DNA from: Scenedesmus sp. PABB004
Lineage: Eukaryota
Direction of reading: 5' to 3'
Length of the DNA stretch: 64,000 bases
NCBI GenBank assembly: GCA_014905635.1
Contig: JABVCE010000019.1
Span: 558,001 to 622,000, forward strand
Under the pieces are notes generated by a model. The model made no database searches and had not been told where the DNA came from. It saw only the letters and a list, made by a program, of their open reading frames with translations. Positions 38,808-51,761 of this stretch are shown in pieces. The first letter of the stretch is position 1, and every line of letters starts with the position of its first letter. The position numbers and the translations under genes were made by a program.

Positions 38808-40053
38808 ATGTGCCAGCACCGGCGCCGCGCCGCGCTCTCCCTGAGTGCGTGGCGTGCCTGACCGGCCGGCCAGCGCTCATTGGCGCGCTGGGGGCAGCGC
38901 GCTGGCGGCGCCACCGGCGCGCGCCGCTGCAGCCCGCCGCTGCTGCTGACGCCGCCCGTCGGTGACGCCCCGCCCGCAGTCGCCACGGCGATCATGGCTG
39001 CAGCCGCGGGCGCCACAATCCCAGCCGCGTATGCGCCGCAGCTGTCGGTCGTGGCGCTGACGCCGCTGGGCGCGACGCCGGTGGCCGGCGGGCACCTCCG
39101 GCTCACGCCGGCGGGCTGCGCCTCCAGCCCCAGGGCCGGCAGCCCGGGCAGCCCGGGCAGCCCTGCGGCCGGCTCCGGCGTCAAGCCCAAGGCCTGCAGC
39201 GGCTTTCAGGTCAGCAACGCGCCGGACTTCCCGCCCGCCCGGACCAACACCGCGGTCTTCACCCCGCCGCGGCAGCCCGTGATCGTCAACACGCTCGCGC
39301 GCGGTGACCAGCCCGTCACGCTCGGCACGGGTGCGCGCGCCGGCGGCACGAGGCGCGGCGGGGCCCGGGGGGCGCGCGCGGGGGTCGCCCGCCCGCCCGC
39401 CGCCGGCCACCGGCTCGCCCGCCGTCGTCCGCCGGCTCGCCCGCGGCTGACTGCGCCGCCGGCGTGCCACGCCGCAGTCACGCTGACCAACGGGGGCCTT
39501 ATGCAGCCGACAGGTGCGGGCATGGCCCTGGTGCGCATTGCGGCCAGCGTGCGGGTCGCCACGCCAGGGGTCAGCCGCCCCGTCACCGTGCCGCTCTCGT
39601 TCCAGGTGCGCGGCGCAGGGACCGCGGCGCGGCGCAGAGCCGCGGCGCGCGCGCACGTGCCGAGCCGCAGCGCGGCGGCGGCGGCGGCGGCGGCAGCGGC
39701 GCCGACCGCGCGGCCTCCCTGCGCCGCCCGTGCGCCGCGCGCGGCAGGTGATGTGGAGCCTGGGCTCGCCAGCGCCGCCAAACACGGCGGGCCTGCTTGT
39801 GCTCGTCACGCGCAACCCCGCGCCGGTGGTGGCCCTGAAGCTGGCCGTCGCGCCGGGCCTGCCGGACGCAGAGCTGCGGCTGCGCGTGGCTGGGTTTGTG
39901 CCAGACGGCGCCGCCGGAGCGGCGGTGACGCCGCTCGGGGACTGGGGCCAGGACGCGCCGGCGCCGGGGCAGCCCGCGCTGCGCGTGGCGGTGCAGCAGG
40001 GCGCGGGCCCGCAGACGGTGCGCCTGGTCGGCGTGCTGTCGCCGGCCGTGTGA
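38808..40053 (+). CDS. Uncharacterised, probably secreted, beta-strand-rich protein, 4 exons
   Basis: GT-AG introns join MCQHRRRAALSL|IATAIMAAAAGA..|VTLTNGG..PLSFQ|VMWSLG..LSPAV* in frame; coding-like codon usage; no family recognised. Confidence 0.6.
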
Positions 40054-40912
40054 GCGCGGCCGGCGGGCGAGCGGGGGCCTGGGGACCCAGCCGCCCACAG
40101 GCTGCCGGCTGCTGGCGCGGGGCGGCGGCGGCGGCGGCGTGCCGGGCGGCGCCGGCGGCAGCGCGCTGCGCCGCAGCTGCCACGCTGGCAGGCCCGCGGC
40201 GCGCTCAATTGCCGCGTGATCGCGGCCCCGGGGCGGGAAGGTTTAGGGTTGGCCCCTGGCACGTGCGGCGGGCCGCGGCGCGGCCGGGGCGGCGCGCTGG
40301 CGCGGGGGCGTTAGCTGCGATTCTACCGGCGGCCGCCCGCCGCGCCGGTGCAACCCCCGCGCCCGCCGCCGTGGCCCCCAGACCCGCGCCGTCCCTCACT
40401 CTAGCAAGCGACCACCGCGGCCGTGATCCAGCGCCGAATTGCGCAGCCCGCCAGCGCGCTGGCGCACAGGAGGCGGCCCGCGGGTCGGCGCCGCACGCGG
40501 CGCACCACACTCGCACCCTCGCAGGCACATGATGCCGGCATCATCGCAGCTGCAGCACTCAAGCGACGTCAGATCAGGGCCCAGCCTGGCCACCCTGCAG
40601 GTCAAAGGAATCATGCGTCGCGCGGCCCCACTCTGCCGCCGCGCGGTCTTGATGCGCGCCCGCGGGCGCGTGTCCGCGTGCGGTGGAGGGGAGCACCCCG
40701 TCCCGCCACCACCACGTTTGCTGCAAGCGCGCGGCTTATTCGCGTGCGCGCGCCGGCAGCAGCTCGCGCACAAGCACTCAGGGTGAGGGACCAAGGGTGA
40801 GGATACGAACTCGAGACAAGTCAGGGCATGGTCGCGCTCGAGCGCGCGGGTTTGCTGCGCTGGCCAGCAGCACACACCCAGCCCCGCTCGGGCGCGCGCG
40901 CCGCGCGCGGCG

Positions 40913-42445
40913 CTAGCGAGCACCGCCGCCCGCCGGGCTGGCGCCGTTGGCGCCGCGCAGCTGCTGCAGCATGCTCTGGTGCAGGGCGAGCGCCCGGTCC
41001 ATGCTGCCCAGCTTGTTGGCCAGCTGCTCCAGCACCGCCGGCAGCAGGGCCGCCGGCCCGGCCGCCGCGGCGACCGCAGGCGGCGCAGCGGGCGCAAAGC
41101 GCGTCGGCCGCGCGGGCTGCGCGGCCGCGCCCGGCGCGACAGACAGCGGCGAGGGGCCGTGGCGCCCGCCGCCGCCGCCGCGGCAGGCGCCGCGCTGGGC
41201 GCGCGGCGCGCAGTCGGGCGCCGGCGGCGCGTCGCCGCCGCCGCAGTCGGGCGCGTCCGCTGCGACCAGGTGGGGCTCCACCTCCTCCACGGCGTCCTCG
41301 CTCCACTCCATCATGTGCTGCGCAGGAGGGGGCGGAGAGGCACAGTGGGACGCCAGTCGGAGCTGCACGCGCTGGCAGCGCCGCGCAGCCTCCGCGGCAG
41401 GCACGGGCCCGCGCCGGCGCGGCCGGCTCGGCCGGCGCGGCGGCGGCGCAGCGCGCCCGGCGCGTCCCACCTCCGCCGACATCTCGGCCTCGCCCTCCTC
41501 CGACGCGCGCGCGCGCTTGGCAGCGCGCGCGCTGCCGCCGCAGCCGCCGCTGGCGCTCAGCACCGCGCTCGCCGCGCCGCCGCGGCGCTGGTTCTGCGGC
41601 GGGGGCGGCAGTGGCGGCGGGGAGGGAAGCAGCTCAGAGCTGCGCTGGCCGGCACGCGGGCCTGCGCCTGGCGCAGGGCTCTAGCTGGCCAGCTGAAGGT
41701 GCCATGGCACCTTCAAAAACGAGCCCGTGCGCAGGAAGCGGATGCCGCAGGCGTTGCAGAGCACCGGCGCGGCCTTGGGGCCGTGCCGCCACTGCAGAGC
41801 AGGCGCCGGCGGGGTGCCGGCGCGGGCGGGGTCAGCGCGGCGGCGGGCCGCCGCGCGGGGGCCTGCCGCCGGGCCTGCCAGCCGCCCCGCAGCAGCAGCG
41901 CCAGCAGCGGGGGCACCAGCACACCTGCGGTGACTCTGTCACGCCGCAGCCGTCGCAGGGCCCCGCCGTGACGGGGCAGCGCACCGCCTGCGCGGACGGG
42001 CGCCTCGCGGGCGCGGCGGGCAGCTGCTCCTGACGGTGCTGGTGGTGCTGCGCGCCCGCCCGCGCCGAGCGCCGCAGCGCCGCCGCGGCCCGGCTGCCGC
42101 TGAGCTCGGCGGCGGGCTGGTCGGCGGCAGGCACGTCGCTGTCGCTGTACATCGGGGCGCGGCGTGGGGCGCACGGCTTGCGCAGCCGCCTGCTGCTGGG
42201 CCAGGCGCTGGCGCGCCAGCTGCTGGTGCACGCCGGCAAGTCGGTCGTGCGGTCGCTCCAGGTGCTGGTGTTGTCAGAGGCGGCGGGGCCGTCGGACCAG
42301 GCCGCCACGATCGGGAGCCTGCGGCGGCGGGGGCCGGGTCGCGCGGTCCGAGCGCGCGGCGGCCGGCTGCTGCGCCGCGCGCGGGCCCTGCGCCAGGGCG
42401 AGGTCCGCACCAGCCGCCGGATGCTCCGTCAGGGTCGTGGGCCAT
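40913..42445 (-). CDS. GATA zinc-finger transcription factor B (divergent)
   Basis: [33 protein letters not shown] with an intron inside the finger; termini tentative. Confidence 0.78.
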
Positions 42446-44180
42446 GGCGGCGGCCGCGCGGAGCGGCTGGCGCGGCGGACTTTTTGAGCGCGCCGCGCAA
42501 CGCCGCCCGCGATCGCCGTACGCTGCTGCGCGTGGCGCCGGGGGGCTCGGGCGTCCCCGGGCGGGGCGCGGACGGGCTCGGCGCGAGGCCTGGCGGCGCC
42601 GCGCAGCGGCGCTGCACGGCGCGCGACTCGCGCTTGCGGGCACAGCGCCTGCTGCTGTGACAGAGCGCTGCGGGCGGTCGATCTGCGGCGGGAGAGGGCG
42701 ACGGCGATCGTGACGCGGCGGCACAGGGCATGTTAATCTTGACCGGCCGTTGACCGCTGCACTGACGCGTTGGTGGTGGTACATCGAAGCTCTCCGACTG
42801 CAAACCCCAACCGCAACCTCAACCTCCGCCCCCAGCAAACACACACACACACACACACGCGCGCGCGTGCGCAGGGCGCCAAGCCCAGCAAAGCAGGAGC
42901 CGCTGCGAGGTCGGTCGGCATCGGGGGGGCTGTCCCGTCACGTCGTCACGCACCACATAGCGCGAGGCAGTCATGCGGCCCGCGGCCCCGTCGTCGGTCA
43001 AGGGCGGCGCGCTGCCGCCAAGAGGCTGGCGCGGCCGCGATCGTCGAGCGTCCCCCCCCCCCCCCAACAACAACCAAAAACACGCTCCGGGCGGCCGCTG
43101 TGGCGGCGGGCCGCGCCGCGGTATGGCGACGGAGGGGCGGGCCGCCTGCTGGCCGGCGCCGCCCCCTCCCTCGGCGGTGTGTGCGTGTGACCCCAAGTGC
43201 AGGACGCTCGTGCACGCTGCAGCAGCTAATCGGCGCGTCGGCCGCACAAAAGAGGCAGACAAGTGCTGTTCGGGCTCGGGCGCGGCGGGGCGGCCCCGCC
43301 GCGCGCGCGCGGCGCGCGCCGGGAGCGGACGCGCACTCCACCGGCTGCCGCCCCGCCCCGTCCCTCCCTCCTGTCCGCGCGTATCCTGGTTTGAAATGGT
43401 TCTGCGCAGGTGACATGCATGCGCCGCCGCCGGCCGCCGGCAGGGGCCCGGCGCGTATCGAGCGGCGGCGGCGCATGATGGCCTGGCATGCAAGGCGTGG
43501 CATCAAAGCCCTGGCGAGTGCTGTTGTTGTTTGTGTGTGCGGGTGCGGGTGTGCGTTGTTTGTTTGTGTGCAGCGGCGCGCGCTCGGCGGTTTGCTCGTG
43601 CAAACGCGCGCGCCAGGGCACAGAGCAGCAGCAGCCACACACGCGCACACGGCCGCCGAAGAGATATCACAGCACTCCCCCTGCTGCCGCCGCTGGCAGC
43701 CAGCCGGCGCGCGCTCCGCTCTCTCGCAGCCCAACAACCAACGGCACCGCCGCAACTCCAGAGCCGCCCCCCCAGCGCTCATCCAGCCACCGCGTCGCCG
43801 CGCGCCTAGGCAGGCAAAAGCAAGCGTACTGATGCCGGCGCGGGCGGCCGCCGCCGCGCGCCGCCGCCGCAAGGCGTGAAATCGCTTGCGGCGGCGGGCG
43901 CCGTATGCGGAGGCGCGCCGCGCGCCGCCGCGTCGCACAGTGTTCGCTCCGCATCCAGCCGTCGGGCGCGCCGCCGCGGCCGCCGCAATAATGGGGCAGC
44001 GGGCGCGGCGGCGGCCCTGTTTATTGGGGGTGCCGAGGCGCCGCGCGGCGCCCCCCGGGTGGGAGGCGGCCCGGGCCGTCGCCGGACAGCATCGCGGCGC
44101 GCGGGCGCGCGCAAGAGCAGGGACGCCCACGATTCTTCGCCGCAGCCCTCCCTGGCCGCGCGGCGGCGCGCCGCGCGGGC

Positions 44181-44578
44181 TCACTGCGGGAGCAGCGCCG
44201 CCGCGCAGGGGCGGCCTGCGCCGCCGTGGGCGTGCATGGCCTTGATGAACTCGACGGCCGGCCCCACGCCGCCCAGCACGCTGGCGACCTGCTGCACCAG
44301 CTGCAGGATGTCGCCGCACGGCGCCGCGCCGGCGCCGCTGGCGAGCGACAGCGGCGCGGGCACCGGCAGCGCGCTCGTCGCGCCGAGCAGCAGCGGGCTG
44401 GCCGGCGGCGAGCCGCGCGAGCAGTCGCTGTGGCGCGGCGCATAGCCGGTGCTCTGGCTCACCGGGCTGCTCGCGTGCTGCTGCTGCTGCTGCTGGTGCA
44501 GCGCGAGCGCGAGCGCGAGGCTGGGGCTGGCCGCCGGGCCGCCGAGGCTGGGGCTCAGCGCGCCGTAGCTGCTGCAGC

Positions 44579-44609
<31 letters not shown>

Positions 44610-46057
44610 GCGGCCGACCGCCAGCAGCATGTCGGCGAGGCTCGCCGCGTGCTCCGCCTCCTCGGCAGCGGCGTCAGCCTCGGCCGCCGCGGCCGCGGCC
44701 GCGCGCGCCGACTTGCGGCGCGCGCCCAGCACGGGCGCGCCGCCCTGCCCGGCGCAGCGCGCCGCGGAGGCCTCCTGCGCCTCCTGCTGCTCCTCCTCGC
44801 CGCCCGGCTGGCTCTCCTCCGCCTGCATCGCCTCGCTGCCGGCCGGGTCGGCCTCCTCGTCCTGCAGTGTCGCGCGGCGCGGCGAGGCGGCGGATGTCGG
44901 CTGCTTGCGGCGCCCGTGGCGTCGCCGCCGCCGGCGCAGCGGCGGGTGGGAACGGGCGCCGCGCGGGCGGCGGCCGGGGCGGCGCACCTCGCTCGTCGCC
45001 TCGTCCGCGCGCGCGCGCTTTGCGGGGGGCGCGCCAAACTCGTCCGACGCGGCGGCCGCGCCCGCGGGGCCGCGGCGCTTCTTGGGCTGCGGCGCGCGGG
45101 CGGCCGGCGCGGCGGGGTGGGCGGCGTGCCGGCCGCCATGGGGCCGCGGCGCCGGCCGGCGGCGCGCGCACGCCTGCTGCCTTCTGCAGCAGCTGCTGCC
45201 TGCTGCTGCTCACCGCGACCTTGGTCAGCGTGCGGTTGCGCAGGAAGCGGATGCCGCAGGCGTTGCAGAGCACCGGCTTGCCCTTGGGGCCCTTGCGCCA
45301 CTGCGGGCTGCTCGTCGCGCTGCAGTGGCAGCAGGGGCCGGCGAGGTCCTGCTTCGCCTTCTTGCCGCGGCCGGGCGCCGCCGCGGGCGCCGCCGCGGGC
45401 GCCGCCGCGGGCGCCGCGGGCGGCGCGGGCGTCGCTGCAGTCGCCGCGGGCGCGGCGGGCGCGGGCGGCTGGGCCGCGCGCGGCGCGGCGACCGCCGCCC
45501 GCGGGCTGGCCGCCGGGCTGGCGGTGCCGCGCGGGGAGGCCTTGGTGCTGGCGGAGTCGCCTGCGGAGCGGCGGGTGCGGGCGGCGGCCGCGCGCTCAGC
45601 GTCGCCGGCGGCGCCGCGCCCGGCCCGCGCGCCGGTCAGCCGCCGCAACCCCCAGCTGCGCCCAGCGAGATCGCTGCCCCCGGCCGCGCGCGGGTCGCCA
45701 CGAGCTTGCCGGCACCCGGACCGGGCGTCCGCGCCCCCCGGCGCCGGCCCACGACCGCGCGCGCGCCCGCTTTTGGGGCGATGCCCTGCTTCCGCCGCGC
45801 CGCCCTCCGCGCGGCGCGGGCGCGCCGCGGGGCCGGCGCGGCATCGGGGCGGCCGCGGCTGCTCCCGGGGCGTCCAATCCGGTGCATGATCGCGCCCCGC
45901 GCCGCCGCTCACCCGCGCCCTCCGCATACATCGCCGCGCGCTTGGGCGCGTTCTGCTTGCGCCGGCCGCCGCCGGCGGCGACAACGCTCGACCCGGGCGC
46001 CGTGGCCGCGCCCGTGGTCTCGCTGCGCACGCTGTCGGTGTCGCTGCACTCCTCCAT
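44181..46057 (-). CDS. GATA zinc-finger transcription factor C
   Basis: [15 protein letters not shown]..; [35 protein letters not shown]-terminus paralogous to GATA A; stop TGA 44181-44183. Confidence 0.87.
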
Positions 46058-47556
46058 CGCGGCCGCCGTCGCTGCCGGCGCGCGCGCGGGCCGGGGGCGA
46101 GTTCGGAAGGGCACGGGCGTGCCGGGGGACGCGGCGGCGCCGATCGGGGGTCGCTCCCCTCGCACGGCGGGCGGTGGCGGGCCGGGCTGGCTGCGCGCGC
46201 AATTCGGGGCTGGATCACGGCCGCGGTGGTCGCTTGCTAGAGTGAGGGACGGCGCGGGTCTGGGGGCCACGGCGGCGGGCGCGGGGGTTGCACCGGCGCG
46301 GCGGGCGGCCGCCGGTAGAATCGCAGCTAACGCCCCCGCGCCAGCGCGCCGCCCCGGCCGCGCCACGGCCCGCCGCGCGCGCCAGGGGCCAACCCTAAAC
46401 CTTCCCGCCCCGGGGCCGCGATCACGCGGCAATTGAGCGCGCCGCGGGCCTGCCAGCGTGGCAGCTGGCGGCGCAGCGCGCTGCCGCCGGCGCCGCCCGG
46501 CGCGCTGCCGCCGCCGCTGCCGCGCGCCAGCTGCCGGCAGCCCGTGGGCGGCTGCCACCAGGCCCCCGCTCGCCCGCCGGCCGCGCTCACACGGCCGGCG
46601 ACAGCACGCCGGCCAGGCGCACCGTCTGCGGGCCCGCGCCTTGCTGCAACGTCACGCGCGGCGCGGGCTGCCCCGGCGCCGGCGCGTCCTGTCCTGGCCA
46701 GAGCGGCACCACCGCTGACTGGGTGTTACACACCGCTCCGCAGCTCCAACAGCCGGGAGAAAGCCCCGGTCAACTCCCGCGCTCGCGTGTGCCCCACCAT
46801 CCTCGCGCGCGGCCCTGCCCACCCCCATTTGACATGGCTGCATGTACCATCGTGCACGGAAACTCAGCGGGCTCTGCCCCCAGCTCTTGTTCTTTCGTTC
46901 GCGTTCTCGTGCGCGCGCGCGCTGCCCGCGTGCGTTGGCGAGCCCACACACAGGTCCGCCCACACACACCCGCCCGCGAGCCCTGCCGCTCAAGATGCAG
47001 CAGCACTCCCCGCGTCCCCCGGTCTCGAGCGCCCCAGAACACGTGGTGCGGCGCGGCACAGGACCCCGAGAGGCGCGGCCAGCCGGCCTGCGGGCGCTCG
47101 TGGGGCCCAGCGCGCGCCGCACTGTGGAGTGGAGTTATGGCCCACGTGTTCGGGGTGCAAAAGCGCGCTCGCTTGCTTAGGTCGCGGCAGAGCGCGCAAA
47201 CAACAAAAAACCATGCCAGGGGCTGCGCAGCGGCGCGCGCGCCGGCGCGCTGCCTCTGTCGCTGCCCCATCCGCGGCGTCGTATGCGACGCCGCGGGCTA
47301 CGTACTACGTAGGCGCCCCCGGGGGCAGAGTGGCTCTGTGTGGCGGTTGGCCATGCACGCCGCGGCGCAAGAAGGAAGTATGACAAAAGGGAATAAGGGA
47401 ACAAACAAACAAGGGAAGGCATAAAGAAGCGCATAAGCGCATGAGTGCACTGGCACAGGGCAAAGAGCATGGCACGCAAGCATGCGCTGCCGCGTCCACG
47501 CGGCACCATCCATGCCTAGGCGACGTAAAGCCAGAGTCAATGAAAAAAGCACGCTC

Positions 47557-48707
47557 TCACCACAACAGGGACTTGGTCAGCACCGAGCCCTGCACGTCCA
47601 GGGTGAACCCCGGCAGCGTCACGCCGCGCACGGTGAGCGTGCAGCCGCCCGCGCCGGCGGTGCCCGCGCCGCCCGCGCCGCGCGTGCGGAACACGGCGCT
47701 GCCGGCCGCGCCGGTCGCGAGCCCGACGTCGGTGCCGCCGGGGAGCGCCGCCGCGCCCGTGGCGCCGGCCGGCGCCCACGTCGCGGCGACGAGCGCGCGC
47801 GGCAGCGGCGCGCCGGCGGCCGACACGACCGTGACGACGGCCTTGCAGGACGGCACGCGCGCGCGCGCGGGCCCCGTCATCACGCGCACCAGCTCGATGC
47901 CCGCCACGCGCATGCCCGGCGCCGGCACCGACACCGGCACTGCCGGCGGCGCCGCGACCGGCGACGCCGCCGGCGGCGCCGGCGGCAGCGGCGGCTCCGC
48001 GGGCGCGAGGCTCGCGTCGGCCGTGAAGTTAAGGCTCAGCCGGAAGCCGCCGACGCTGCCGTACGCGCTGTAGCCGGTGGTCGCCGGGTCGCCCAGGCCC
48101 GCGCCGGACACCGTCAGGTAGTAGATGCCCGGCGCCGGCAGCGTGAGCGCTGTCGGCGGCACGCCGAGCGCGTCGGGCGGGTTGAGCTCCGCGACCACGG
48201 CGCCGCCCGCGTCGCGCAGCGTGAGCGCGGCGTCGAGGTTGCCCCGGTTCACGCCCGCCCACGGCGCCGCGACGTCGAGCGCCACGCTCGCCGGCCCCGC
48301 GCCCGCGGCGACCTTGAACCACTGCGCGCCGCCCGCGACCGCGCCCGCCGCGGCGCCGCTCGCGCCGTCGCCCGACAGCGCGAGCGGCACCGCCGACGCC
48401 GCGTCGGCGCCGCCAGACGGCGGCGCGCGGGGCAGGAAGGTACCGATAACCGCGAGGTCGTCCTGCGGGGGCGGGGCGGGGCGGGGCGGGGCGGGGGGCG
48501 TTATGTCATGTGTTATGTGTTGGGCGCCAAACACAGAACCAGCCCAGGGCGCCAGGCCCACCGAGCCGCGGCGGCGGCTGCGCGCTGCGCGCGGCGGCGC
48601 GCGGCGCACCTGCGCGTTGTTCGCGTGTGCAAACTCGCCGTGGTCAAACTGCGTGACCGACTTGTAGTAGCCGACGCCCTGACGCCGCAAGGCGGGCAGA
48701 CAGGGTT

Positions 48708-48772
<65 letters not shown>

Positions 48773-50714
48773 CGCGGCGGCCGGGGCGCAGGGGCGCCGC
48801 GGCGCGCGGGGCGCAGGGGCGGCGCGGCGCGCGGGGGCGGCGTGCGGGGGTTGCGAGGGCGCGCGGCGCGCACCATGATGGGCGCCCAGTCGCCCTGGCC
48901 GGTGTAGTAGCCGCTCGCGGGCGTGTCGCCGTCGGCCTTGACGCCGTCGTGCAGCAGGCCGAGCGTGTGCCCCACCTCGTGGCTCACCGCCTCCCACACA
49001 AACTGCGGGCGCGGACGCGGCGGCAGCAGCGGCGGGGTCAGCCGCGGTCGCGGCGGTTGCGGCGGGCGGGCCGCGCAGCGCCCTCCCGCTGCGCCCCCGG
49101 CCGCCGCGGCACGCCGCCCGCGCTGGCCCCGGCCGCCGCCGCCGCGTGGTGGGTGCGCGCGCGCGCGCACCTTGGGGAAGTTGGGGCCCAGGTTTTTGGG
49201 GAAGATGAAGCAGGGCGTGTTGTCGCGCCCAAACGTGCCCACGAGCGCGACGCCGCCGGCGGAGCCGTACCAGTCAGAGGCGGAGCCGCCGATGAGCACG
49301 CGCACGCCGCGCCCGACCAGGGCTGCGCCGGCGGCGGCGGCGGCGGCGGCGACAGGCGGCGGCGCGAGCGGAGCGGGGTGAGCCGGCCCGGGTGGGTGAG
49401 CGGGCATGGCGGCGGCGCGGCGGACGCGGCGGCGGCGCGCGGTCGGGGGCGCACCCGCGTTGCCGGGGTCGCGCGTCGTCACGTCGACGTCAAAGGCGGA
49501 ATAGTCCTCGGACACAGCGCGCCTGCGCGTTCCGGGGGGCGGCGGCGGCGGCGTCAGGAGGGCCGCGGCGGGCGGGGAGGAGGGGCGCTGCCCGCGGCGC
49601 TCGCGCCCGTGCGGGCTGGCGCCGGCGGCCCGGGCGCGCTGCCCGGGGTCGGGCGCGCGCGCTGCGCCCCCGGTCGGCGGCACCGTGCACTGCGGTCAGC
49701 GCACCAGATGGCGGCGATGTCGGCGAGCTCGTCCGCGTTGAAGGTCGTCTGGTCGCCGTCCTTGTCGTACGGCGGCGTGGAGATCACATCCAGGCCCTTG
49801 GCCTGCGCACCGGCGGCCGGCGCGGCGCGTGAGCGCGCGGCGCGCTACCGGCGGTGCGCTGTGCGGCGCGCAGGGCCGGCGGGCGCGGAGGGCGCCGCGG
49901 CGCCGCGCGACGCCGCGCCAGACGCCTACGCGCGGCGCGGACCTTGTTCCAGGCGCTGTCGGTGAGGTTGTGGCCGTCAAAGTCGAGCAGGATGGTGGTC
50001 GGCGCGCCGGGGCGGCTGCTGAGGGAAAACGTCTGCTCGAGGCTCAGCGGCGCGTCGGGCGCGGCGTCGGCCGCGGCCGCGGCCGCGATGTCGGCCTCGC
50101 TGGCGTTGGCCATGAGGCCCTGGCACTCGAACAGCAGCTCGTCCGTGGCCGTGTCGACGCCCTGCGGTGCGAGCGGGCGGGCGGGCGGCGGCGTGAGCAG
50201 CGCCCGGCGGCGGCGGCGGCTGTGCCAGCGCTCGCCCCTGCAGCCGACGCGCGGCGTCCAGAGGCCGAGACTGAGCTGCCTGGGCTCGATCACGGGCTGC
50301 TGCGCGGTCCGTGGCCCTGGCGGCCGCGCCGGCGCTGGCGACGACCGGGAGCGATGCTCGCGCGGCCGGCCGCCCCTCGGCGCGCACGCTGCCGCCGGGT
50401 CCGCTGCGCCGGGCCCCACGGGTCCTGCGCCGCGCCCTGGAGCTCCCAGGGCGGCCGCTCACCAGCTCCTTGTCCGTATCCAGCACGTGCGCGAGTGCAG
50501 CGATGTCGCCCCTGAACGCGGCGTTGTCGCGGATCCTGTGCAGCCGCGCCTCGCCCAGCGCCGCCAGGGCACCGCCATCGGCGCTAAAGTCGAACCGGAA
50601 CGCGTGCCCCGGCCTGCGCGGCGCCACGCCGGTGCCGCGCTGCGCGCCGAGCGGGCGGCCGGCCGCGCAGCCCGCCAGCAGCGCCGCCGCGAGCAGGAAC
50701 GCGACGGCACGCAT
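47557..50714 (-). CDS. Secreted metzincin zinc metalloprotease with a PPC-like C-terminal beta domain
   Basis: Signal peptide MRAVAFLLAAALLAG; HEVGHTLGLLHDG (HExxHxxGxxH); Met-turn WAPIM|GVGY; ILLDFDGH; VSEDYSAFDVDVTT; GYSAYGSVGGF. Confidence 0.88.
48713..48770. repeat. (GA)n microsatellite in a metalloprotease intron
   Basis: Direct reading. Confidence 0.95.
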
Positions 50715-51761
50715 GTCTGGGAGGTGGTGCTAAGTGCGCGTGCAGCTAAAGGGCTCGCTGGTGAGTCTGCTGCTGGCACACGGGCCCCCGCGTGTGGCGG
50801 TCCGCGCGCCGTCTATGGAGGCGCCTAGGTCACGTCGCTCTAGACACCGGATGCAATGGCGCCCGGTCCGGGCGGGCGCGACCCCGGGCTGCGCGGCACC
50901 GGCCGGCAAAGTCGGCAGGGCATCGTCCTGCCGGACACACCCCGCCCGCGCGCCCGCCGGGGCACGCCGGGCCGATCCGCTGCACCTGGTGAGGTTTAAG
51001 GCGCACTTCCGTGCCAACGCGCCCGTCCGAACGCGGCGCCCGTGCCCAGGTGGACCACAGTGCCCCCGCGCGGTGAGCGGCGCCGCGAGGGGCGAGCCGC
51101 CGCCTGGCGGTCCAGCGCGGGCTGCGGCGCTGGTGCGGGGCGGTCCTCGCGCCCACCACTGACCCCCGGCCTGCGCCGTGCAGCCCGCGGGTCAACGTGG
51201 CGCGCGCAGCAGCGGTGTGTTTGCAGCGGAGCGGCTGCCGGGAGCGGCGGCGGCGGCCGTCGCGGCGGCTTTGGTGGGACTTCGGTTTGTTAAGCTCAGC
51301 TCGGGCCGCCGGTCTGCCGCGCGTTGGCGGCGCCGGCCGGTCACGCAACGTGCTGCGGTGCAGCATCAAATCGACGATGCGGCAAACCCACCCCCCCCCC
51401 CACCGCTGGCGGGGCCCAGCCGGGGCCAGCCGTGCGCGCGCCGGCGGCGCCATGCGGCGCCGAACGCGGCGCGCGCGCTGCGGCCAGGCGGCGAGGGGCG
51501 GGGGCAAAAAAAGGACGACGGGGTCAACGACAGCGACACGCCGAGCCGCCACAGGCGGCAGTCAGGGAAATGGTGAGATGGCGTCTACACGCCCAGCAGG
51601 CGGCGTGCGCAGGTGTGCGGGTCGGGGCGCGGGCCGCGGCGCGGCGCGCCCCGCCGACACAAGGCTTGCCGGCGGGGGCGCGCCGGGCCGGTCGCCCGCG
51701 AGCCGCCACAGACGATGCGCTCTCAAAGGGATATGCGGCACACTCATTCGGGGGCGGCCGC

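Larger units (their letters stand above)
39924..46715. repeat. Inverted duplication, arms ~39924-40444 and ~46197-46715
   Basis: Reverse-complement match; the same ~78 aa spurious translation ends ORFs 40205..40528(-) and 44226..46436(+). Confidence 0.92.
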
